Assembly (NCBI GenBank): GCA_048939245.1 | Contig: JBHLPR010000002.1 | Span: forward strand, 20,332-84,331 | Source: Promethearchaeota archaeon | GTDB lineage: Archaea > Asgardarchaeota > Hermodarchaeia > Hermodarchaeales > Hermodarchaeaceae | DNA: 64,000 bases | Direction of reading: 5' to 3' | Shown: piece after piece, positions 57,111 through 64,000 of the stretch | How the letters are laid out: every line of letters starts with the position of its first letter | Numbering within the stretch: position 1 is the stretch's first letter | Notes under the pieces: model-generated | The model's database searches: none | What the model was told of the DNA's origin: nothing | Seen by the model: the letters and a program-made list of their open reading frames with translations, nothing else | Translations under genes and position numbers: made by a program

Positions 57111-58259
57111 TTAATCCGGCTGCGCGAGGGCTTGACGGCTCTGCTGCATGGTCCATTCGCGCTCTTCCTCGGTGAGAGCGGGGTGAACAGGAAGGGATAA
57201 CACTTCCTTAGCGGCTCTTTCAGAGACAGGCATCAACCCTTCCTTGTACTGAAAGAGTCGACGATAAATGGGAGTAAGATGAAGGGGTACCTCATAATAG
57301 ATTGCAGCCCCAATCTTCGAATCAAATAAAATTTTTTGGATGTTATCTCGGTTTCGAGGGGCAGGTATTCGGATGGTGTAAAGATACCAGTTATGGGTTG
57401 CCCATGGTGCCTCTGTGGGTAACCTGATGCCTTCAAGATCTTCAAGATGTTTTGTTAAATAAGTAGCATTTGCTCTACGCTGTTTTAGGAACTCGGGAAG
57501 CCGTTTCATCTGGGCTAGTCCAATGGCGGATTGGAGTTCTGGCATACGATAATTATGGCCCAGTTGTAGATACTCGTAAGGTCGAATTTCTCCATGGGTT
57601 CGGATTTGTCGTAAACGCTCCGCAAGCGAATCATCATTTGTGGTCAGTATCCCACCTTCACCAGTTGTGATGACTTTGCTAGGATACAGACTAAAACATC
57701 CCACATCTCCAAGGGTACCAACAGCTCGACCGCGATACTTGGATCCATGCGCCTGACAAGCATCTTCGATTATAGCAATATCGTGATCTTCCGCCATTTC
57801 CTTAAGAGGATCCATATCTGCAGGGTGTCCATACAAATGCACAGGCATAATGGCTTTCGTACGTGGGGTAATCGCGGCTTTCACCTTTTCTGGATCCAGG
57901 GTGTAGGTGTCTGGTGAGATATCAGCGAATACGACTTTAGCTCCATTCAATAACACCATATTTGTCGTCGCGATAAAGCTAAACGGAGGGGCAATGACTT
58001 CGTCGCCTGTTTTCACGTCAAAAGCCAATAATGCAGCGTGAAGAGCAGCGGTTCCAGAATTGACAGCAATGGCGTGTTTGGCTCCGACAAACTTCGCAAA
58101 GGCCTCTTCGAAGCGAAGTGTGAAGGAACCTGCTCCCGACTTGTGGGTGAGCATTCCGGATTCCAGTACTTCTGTCACCGCTGCAATCTCTTCTGCACCT
58201 AAAATAGGACGATTGGAAGGAATGAAACGGATTGGCGACCAAGTCGACGGTAGAGGCAA
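57111..58259 (-). CDS. DegT/DnrJ/EryC1/StrS PLP aminotransferase
   Basis: NSGTAALH, PVHLYG, IEDACQAHG, SLYPSKVITTGEGG, GHNYRM, SLPVHP. Confidence 0.93.
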   Translation of the reverse strand: MPLPSTWSPIRFIPSNRPILGAEEIAAVTEVLESGMLTHKSGAGSFTLRFEEAFAKFVGAKHAIAVNSGTAALHAALLAFDVKTGDEVIAPPFSFIATTNMVLLNGAKVVFADISPDTYTLDPEKVKAAITPRTKAIMPVHLYGHPADMDPLKEMAEDHDIAIIEDACQAHGSKYRGRAVGTLGDVGCFSLYPSKVITTGEGGILTTNDDSLAERLRQIRTHGEIRPYEYLQLGHNYRMPELQSAIGLAQMKRLPEFLKQRRANATYLTKHLEDLEGIRLPTEAPWATHNWYLYTIRIPAPRNRDNIQKILFDSKIGAAIYYEVPLHLTPIYRRLFQYKEGLMPVSERAAKEVLSLPVHPALTEEEREWTMQQSRQALAQPD

Positions 58260-58369
58260 AGTCGGTGGCTCCGTTTTCTTATTGTGTAGTTATCCCATTT
58301 AAAATTAACTGTTCTTCCGTAAATTAGAGTTTAAACGGAATTTTAGTAAATTACTCCGCAATCAATGCA

Positions 58370-59320
58370 CTATAACGAGAGGATAAAAAGCACTAGGCGA
58401 TGGACCGGCATAAATCCTAACTCATTATAGAGCTTAAGTGCAGGTTCATTTGTGATATCAAATTCCAATTGTATTTTCGTGACACCGCTCTTCAAGGCAC
58501 CTTGAATACTATACGCCATTAGAGCCTGACCAAGCCCTTGTCGACGATACCGCGGACTTACTGCTATTGGTCCCAACATACCACTTTCCTGAATAGGACG
58601 AACAACTGTGATTCCTACTATCTCTTCTCCTTTCATGAGGACAGTCGTCGCTTCTTCCACAAAAGGTCGGTTACGGTCAAACCAATACTGAAAGGCTTCC
58701 TTCCGTTGTTTCATGGTTAGAGTAAGCCAAAAACGATCCATACTTTGATCAAACATTTCAAAAAAGGGTGCTTCGAGTTCTGCATTAGTGCACTGACCCA
58801 ATGGACGGAGGTGAAATCCCGAAGGAAAAACAGGCTCAACAAGGGATGGTTTTGTCAGGTCACGTTCCAATCGGAGTTCCTCTGTTGCAATATGCATTCC
58901 TTGGGATTCATACCATTCTTTGTATAATTCAAACACTACTTCGTTCTCAGACGTGATTCCGGTTAATTCTGCTTCAAAGCGTTCGAATTTTTTTTCCTTT
59001 GAATAAGTGATTGCTGTCTTGAGTAGATGAATGCTGATTTCTTTCTGAGTACTTCCAGGTTGAGCTATCGGGTGCCACCTTCCAATGGTGGCGGTTGTTG
59101 GTGCAATAGAAAAGAAGACTAGCCAGCCAATTATTTGACCATCCGCATAAGCAACAATTGGAACACTGTGATCGCGGTTTTTCCACCACGCAATAGCATT
59201 TCGTAAGGTATCGATTGTGGGTGGTTCGGTAATCAGGTTATCTTGTTGTCTAGCTTGGAATGAAAATTGGGTAAGTGTTTCTTCACTTACTTCATCCCAG
59301 GAGTGAACGTGTATTTCCAT
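58370..59320 (-). CDS. Tandem GNAT N-acetyltransferase
   Basis: AVSPRYRRQGLGQAL, NEPALKLYNELGF; degenerate N-terminal GNAT domain. Confidence 0.88.
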   Translation of the reverse strand: MEIHVHSWDEVSEETLTQFSFQARQQDNLITEPPTIDTLRNAIAWWKNRDHSVPIVAYADGQIIGWLVFFSIAPTTATIGRWHPIAQPGSTQKEISIHLLKTAITYSKEKKFERFEAELTGITSENEVVFELYKEWYESQGMHIATEELRLERDLTKPSLVEPVFPSGFHLRPLGQCTNAELEAPFFEMFDQSMDRFWLTLTMKQRKEAFQYWFDRNRPFVEEATTVLMKGEEIVGITVVRPIQESGMLGPIAVSPRYRRQGLGQALMAYSIQGALKSGVTKIQLEFDITNEPALKLYNELGFMPVHRLVLFILSL

Positions 59321-59410
59321 GAAACCTGCTCAGACTGTTCTCATACATAAATGAATAGTTAAGCAAGGGAAATTTGGTCCTAGTCGGTAACAGGCAAATT
59401 GGCTATCAAA

Positions 59411-59833
59411 TTAGAGTCCTTTGATAACTTGCATGAGTATTTTATGATGGCGGTGTTCATCTTCGAGCACATGTTCAAGAATTGCCTTAATTGTCGGTTG
59501 CTTAACAATTTTGAGATGTTCTTCGAGAAGTTCAATCATGCGCTCTTCAATCTTGATGTGTTTCGAGAGGTCACGCTTTGCTACCAACTTATCAGTCCAT
59601 TTCTCTTCATGAAAATCTTTGAATGAATATGGTTGTTTCTTGAGTACCCGTTCAATGGTTTGATACATTTTTGCGTGCTTATTTGAGTCCATCCCAAGCT
59701 CTTCGATAATGAGTTTCACCGCTGCATTATCGATGATCTTGGCAGTATCCTCGTAAAGCACAATAGCTTGTTCTTCAATTTTGATTGCACGTTCAACAAA
59801 GTCAAGTAATTCCTTATGGGGACCTTCAGACAT
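59411..59833 (-). CDS. Ferritin-like (rubrerythrin-type) diiron protein
   Basis: IEE.A..LY, DSNKH, IEERM, EDEHRHH. Confidence 0.82.
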   Translation of the reverse strand: MSEGPHKELLDFVERAIKIEEQAIVLYEDTAKIIDNAAVKLIIEELGMDSNKHAKMYQTIERVLKKQPYSFKDFHEEKWTDKLVAKRDLSKHIKIEERMIELLEEHLKIVKQPTIKAILEHVLEDEHRHHKILMQVIKGL

Positions 59834-59914
59834 GATGTTCACACCCAGTAATTTAATGACTTCGAAGTGGGTTTCTCTTATAAAAAAGACTTCTCCTCTT
59901 CGCATACTCGACTG

Positions 59915-60340
59915 CTAGAATTCCCAAATCTCTTCTTTGAGTATCTTGTGATGCCGTTCTTCATCTTTAACGATGTGTTTCAGGATGGCTTTGAGGACCT
60001 TATCGTCGGTAGCAAGAATTTCGTCTTTGATAAGTTCAATCATTTTTTCTTCGCGGTTAATGTGTTGTTTGATGGCTTCAAGCCCTTGGTTTCGTTGCTT
60101 CCAGGTACTCATATAGGTTTTTTCATCAGAATCGCTTGGTACGGGTTTTTCTTTCTTCAGAGCATCAAGTAGCATTTGAACCATGGTGGCGTGTTTCGTG
60201 GAATCTGCAGCGCAGATTTCGAATAATACTTTGATGCCTAAGTGATCGATGTCTTTCATTTCTTTCCGCAAGGCTCGTGCGGCTTCCTTTTCTAATGCTA
60301 GTTGGGTTTCGAGTAATTCAATTAAACGTTCCTGGGTCAT
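59915..60340 (-). CDS. Ferritin-like (rubrerythrin-type) diiron protein, paralog
   Basis: LEKEA, DSTKH, REEKM, KDEERHH. Confidence 0.82.
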   Translation of the reverse strand: MTQERLIELLETQLALEKEAARALRKEMKDIDHLGIKVLFEICAADSTKHATMVQMLLDALKKEKPVPSDSDEKTYMSTWKQRNQGLEAIKQHINREEKMIELIKDEILATDDKVLKAILKHIVKDEERHHKILKEEIWEF

Positions 60341-60347
60341 GTTTTTT

Positions 60348-60890
60348 TCACTTCATGAGTTTGTCAACCAGAGCTTGATAATAAGACTGGACTTTTGTTC
60401 CCGTTCGGGTGTCCATTGCCTTAAACTCTTTGGCTAATTTATCTAATTCTGATTTCGATAGCATTTGATTTACAGCGGGGAATAGTTCTTCATCTTCGAA
60501 TTTGATATGCGGCTGAATCAGTTCAACGTATTTATCAAGACAACTGATGACCCTTTCACGGGCTGCTGGACGACCAGTAAACATCGGACGAGCGAATCGG
60601 CGAAGCTCAGCAATGTATGCAAGGAGATACATGTGTTCTTCAACAAGTTTATCGATAGTATCTCCAAATTCCGATGATTCACTATGTTCTAAGATGACAG
60701 GGAAAAGCCACTGTTCTTCTTTTCCATGGTGTACAAGATCCGCATAGGTACTCCAAAAATCAACCAACCACCAATACCGTCGAGGTCTAATTGGAACACC
60801 AGCTGAGATTTCCTCACGGACTGCTTTCGTCACTGTTACAGCCTTAGCAATTAGACGGTGTTCCTTGGCAAGCTGCTCTAGCGGTTGCAT
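60348..60890 (-). CDS. Hemerythrin (HHE) domain protein
   Basis: EHRLI, HHGKEEQWLFP, EEH, HIKFEDEELFP. Confidence 0.88.
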   Translation of the reverse strand: MQPLEQLAKEHRLIAKAVTVTKAVREEISAGVPIRPRRYWWLVDFWSTYADLVHHGKEEQWLFPVILEHSESSEFGDTIDKLVEEHMYLLAYIAELRRFARPMFTGRPAARERVISCLDKYVELIQPHIKFEDEELFPAVNQMLSKSELDKLAKEFKAMDTRTGTKVQSYYQALVDKLMK

Positions 60891-61156
60891 GTTTGAACGC
60901 TCCTTATTTCAGGTAGGCTAGTGTAAGAACGGACATCACTGATATAAAAGCCCCTGATTTACGTAATATTAAGCAATAGAAAAAAGCAAATTCTTCTGGC
61001 TAATTAGTTTTTTTGGATAGGCTCTTTATTAAATTGAGTTAGCAAGAATAGCGAAATTGTAATTTTATTTGTGTGAGACTTTTTCTATGCCATTTTTTAA
61101 CTATTCCACAAATAATAAGAAACGAATCTAAAGAATGAAGCTTCACTGAATTAGAT

Positions 61157-62917
61157 GTGAGACCCATGACCCGTATTCGTCCTCGTTACATTGTATTCAT
61201 TATCAGTATCATCATGATGATTAGTGGAATCTCATTAGCTTGGAATGCCCAAAACAACTTTGGTACTGTTCAAGCCAGCGAAATCACTCTCACGACCTCG
61301 GAGGATGTCCCAATTTCAGGTATTCTCCAAAGACCTAATGCTGCTACATCTGCAACGCCTCTTCCTGGCGTGGTCGTGATTCATGGGGTCATTCAATCCA
61401 AAGAATGGGTCATGGCTTTTGGAATTGAACTCGCACGCCGCGGATTTGTCGTACTAACCATTGATGCCGTGGGACATGGCAATTCGGGTCCCAGTGTTGC
61501 TCCGAACAGTGATCGCGGGGGTCTTGCGGCCCTTGAATACTTAGACAGTCTGCCTTATGTGAGTAATCTCGCAATGGTCAGTCATAGTATGGGGGCGGGT
61601 ATCGCTATTCAGACCATCAACGAAACCTCCATACAATTAGACAGTCTTGTCCTTGTAGGCGGAGGGAGTGGTAACCCAACGAGCTGGGCGAACGCTTCGC
61701 ATCCTCATAATCTACTCTTTATTGTGGGATTGTACGATGAGCTCTTTGATGTGCCAAGGCTTCTCAATGACCTTACAGACCCTTTCAACACAACAAGCCC
61801 AGTAATTCCAGGCATTCTCTATGGTGATTACGCAACTGGAACTGGCCGCATGATTATTCTCCCTCCCACAAATCATCTCTTTGAGACCGTCGATTCCACC
61901 TGTATCAGCGCAACCACGGACTGGCTTATGAATAGCCTCAAAGGCGCACCCGATGCCTACTGGATTCCAAGCCAAAACCTCCTCTACCCTCTCTGGTTGG
62001 TTGGTGGCTTCCTAGCATGTCTGGGCGCCCTCCTCTCTGTATTTGCCCTATTTACAATTATAATCGGGTTTAGTGTTTTTCGTTCAATTCGACAAACTCC
62101 TAACTCCCAATACTACGCGAAAACTCCCGTATTCCTCGGCATGGGCCTAGTTTACGGAATAGTTGGGCTGGGAAGTTTGCTTGCCCTGCTAATCTTTGAT
62201 CTTCCTCTTTCCTATCCCCAAAGTTTGGGACTAACTGTCATCTTAGGGCTCTTTCTTGGTAGTTTGGTGGCTTTTCTTCTACTCGTTGGAATCAAATACC
62301 GCTTGAACCAGAAAGAGGCGACATCAACTTGGAATGACTTCGGTGGATTTAACGGAACAGGAACCGGAAGTTACAGAAATCTACTGAAAATTATTCTCCT
62401 TGGATTTCTTTTAGGGTTTATTGGCATTATTTGGCTGTACCTTTGGGTTCTTCCCGTGGATTTACTCCTTGCATTAGACTTCCGAGTCTTTATGCCTTTC
62501 ATGAAAGCCCTCTCACCTCTCCGTGCCCTCTTCGTGCCTTTATACTTCCTCCTATTCCTGCCAATCTTCTTAATTGATGGACTCTGGACATTTGGATACC
62601 TTCGTACCAAACCCAAAGAATGCTGGTGGAAAACTCAAACCTGGTGGACCAGCAAAGCCATTTTCATCAAAATTATCATCATGGCGATTATTCTCCTCAT
62701 CCAAACAGTGGTAAGTCTAGCCATTGGAGGGCCTTTCATCTCCGGGTTTATCGGTTTTTATCTCCTTTTTCTCTGGATTTTCATACCCATGTATGCCATA
62801 TCCACCACGTTTCTTGCCTGGTCTTATCGGCTCAGTAATCGCTTCTACATCGCGGTCTTCTTCAATGCCTTCCTCTTCGCCTGGTTAATGGCTGCAATTC
62901 TTCCCATCTATCTTTAG
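61157..62917 (+). CDS. Exported alpha/beta hydrolase fused to a multi-TM C-terminal domain
   Basis: GVVVIHG, ELARRGFVVLTID.GHGNS, SHSMG, YDEL, NHLFE; about 8 C-terminal TM. Confidence 0.82.
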   Translation: MRPMTRIRPRYIVFIISIIMMISGISLAWNAQNNFGTVQASEITLTTSEDVPISGILQRPNAATSATPLPGVVVIHGVIQSKEWVMAFGIELARRGFVVLTIDAVGHGNSGPSVAPNSDRGGLAALEYLDSLPYVSNLAMVSHSMGAGIAIQTINETSIQLDSLVLVGGGSGNPTSWANASHPHNLLFIVGLYDELFDVPRLLNDLTDPFNTTSPVIPGILYGDYATGTGRMIILPPTNHLFETVDSTCISATTDWLMNSLKGAPDAYWIPSQNLLYPLWLVGGFLACLGALLSVFALFTIIIGFSVFRSIRQTPNSQYYAKTPVFLGMGLVYGIVGLGSLLALLIFDLPLSYPQSLGLTVILGLFLGSLVAFLLLVGIKYRLNQKEATSTWNDFGGFNGTGTGSYRNLLKIILLGFLLGFIGIIWLYLWVLPVDLLLALDFRVFMPFMKALSPLRALFVPLYFLLFLPIFLIDGLWTFGYLRTKPKECWWKTQTWWTSKAIFIKIIIMAIILLIQTVVSLAIGGPFISGFIGFYLLFLWIFIPMYAISTTFLAWSYRLSNRFYIAVFFNAFLFAWLMAAILPIYL

Positions 62918-62979
62918 CTTCTATCGGAAAGTTAAAGCCCCATAACTTCCCCATTCAAGGATGTAAGGGTGTTAGAGGT

Positions 62980-64000
62980 ATGTCGGAGAATCGCTTCTGG
63001 TTATTAGATGCGGTCTATTCCGAAACCGATCAAGGCGTCTTACTAACTTTCTTGGAAGAACGCGGTCAGAAGCTAACAACCATCAAAGCTGATTTTCAAC
63101 CCTATTTTTATGGCCAACCAGCTGGCTTGGGCGAATCAGTCCAACGAAAAGATTTGATGAAAGACGAGTTCATCACTGTGGCATGGTTACCATTAGATGC
63201 CAAGGCTACGGTAGAACGTGAATGGGAACGAAAGATTGACCCGGGACTAAGTTATGTGTATGACCATGATCAACGGTTTGGCTGTCCACATGAAAAAACA
63301 AAAACTGGTTACAAACTAAATCTAAGCCTTCATCGCGAGCAACTCAAGGAGTTCGATTCCATCTTTACAGAGACTGCTGAACAAGATCCGATAAAATATG
63401 GCTTTTTGAAGGAATTCTTTCGTTACACCGTTCAACCGGTTCCCGATATTCCTCAGGCCTTACTAAGTTTAAACAAAACCTACGACGAATCCCAGATGCT
63501 TTGGGCTATCATGCTTTCCCGCATCGCCAACATACCCTTTCGCCGGTCACTAACCAGTCGCAGTGTTTCTGAGTGGATCCGCTCCATGCTCAATACCACC
63601 TATCGCAAACTCGGTATTCTCATTCCCAATCCTGATGATTTGACCAAGGGACATACACCACACCGCGTCGAAGGGGCGCTGACTATTGCCCCCAAACCCG
63701 GTGTCTATTATAACATGGTTGCCCTCGACTTTGAATCACTTTACCCCAGTCTCATCGACACCTATAACCTATCATATGAGACTATGGATTGCGATCATGC
63801 CGAATGCTGCACATTCAAAGTCCCGGATGAACCTCATTATGTATGTAACCAACGACGTGGTATTTTCAGCGCTCTTATCGGCGCATTAAAGGATTTACGG
63901 GTTTATTGGTTCAAACCACGGAGCCGCCAACAAAATCTATCTAAAGACCAACGAAATCAGGCAAAAACCATATCTGATCTCCTTAAATTCCTGTTAGTAA
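62980..64000 (+). CDS. polB: Family B DNA polymerase (PolB1-like) apparently lacking the 3'-5' exonuclease domain; 3'-truncated by window edge; absent from the ORF track
   Basis: Manual translation is open to the window end: FWLLDAVY, PYFY, LSRIANIP, EGALTIAPKPGVY, motif A LDFESLYPS, NLSYET, HYVC..R.G, LKDLRV.WFK, LKFLLV. Confidence 0.9.
   Translation, partial: MSENRFWLLDAVYSETDQGVLLTFLEERGQKLTTIKADFQPYFYGQPAGLGESVQRKDLMKDEFITVAWLPLDAKATVEREWERKIDPGLSYVYDHDQRFGCPHEKTKTGYKLNLSLHREQLKEFDSIFTETAEQDPIKYGFLKEFFRYTVQPVPDIPQALLSLNKTYDESQMLWAIMLSRIANIPFRRSLTSRSVSEWIRSMLNTTYRKLGILIPNPDDLTKGHTPHRVEGALTIAPKPGVYYNMVALDFESLYPSLIDTYNLSYETMDCDHAECCTFKVPDEPHYVCNQRRGIFSALIGALKDLRVYWFKPRSRQQNLSKDQRNQAKTISDLLKFLLV

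Noticed and set aside
1-64000. CRISPR arrays, rRNA/tRNA genes, prophage or integrase, and the many short antisense ORFs in the track
   Set aside because: No regularly spaced repeats or RNA-gene signatures seen by eye; the short ORFs are shadows of longer, motif-supported genes.

Overview
64 kb of archaeal chromosome, most likely from an Asgard archaeon. This is inferred from a roadblock/LC7 protein, a longin protein, a histone-fold protein, AOR, AfpA/Isf flavoproteins, TATA-type promoters and N-glycosylated type-I surface proteins. The left third is metabolic and transport: AOR, GltD/SudA-like oxidoreductase, a split MgtE pair, acyl-CoA ligase, GH5, FabH-like enzyme, MFS/ABC transporters, a divergent Ino1, RimK and GH3. 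The middle (31-42.5 kb) is a co-oriented cluster of membrane-anchored surface proteins: a zincin, a 1645-aa prenyltransferase-barrel/Ig protein and an M28 peptidase/Ig protein. The 42.8-54.4 kb stretch holds several eukaryote-like candidates: a helical (MIT-like)+PLD protein, a roadblock, a short histone, a longin+DENN/folliculin-like protein and an alpha-SNAP-like protein. It also contains a non-autonomous IS607-type tnpB element whose ends, TAM and guide can be read from the sequence. The window ends in a family B DNA polymerase, missing from the ORF track, that appears to lack its exonuclease domain. Several intergenic regions contain candidate structured RNAs or operators. No tRNA, rRNA or CRISPR array was seen. 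All family assignments come from motif recognition by eye, not from database searches.
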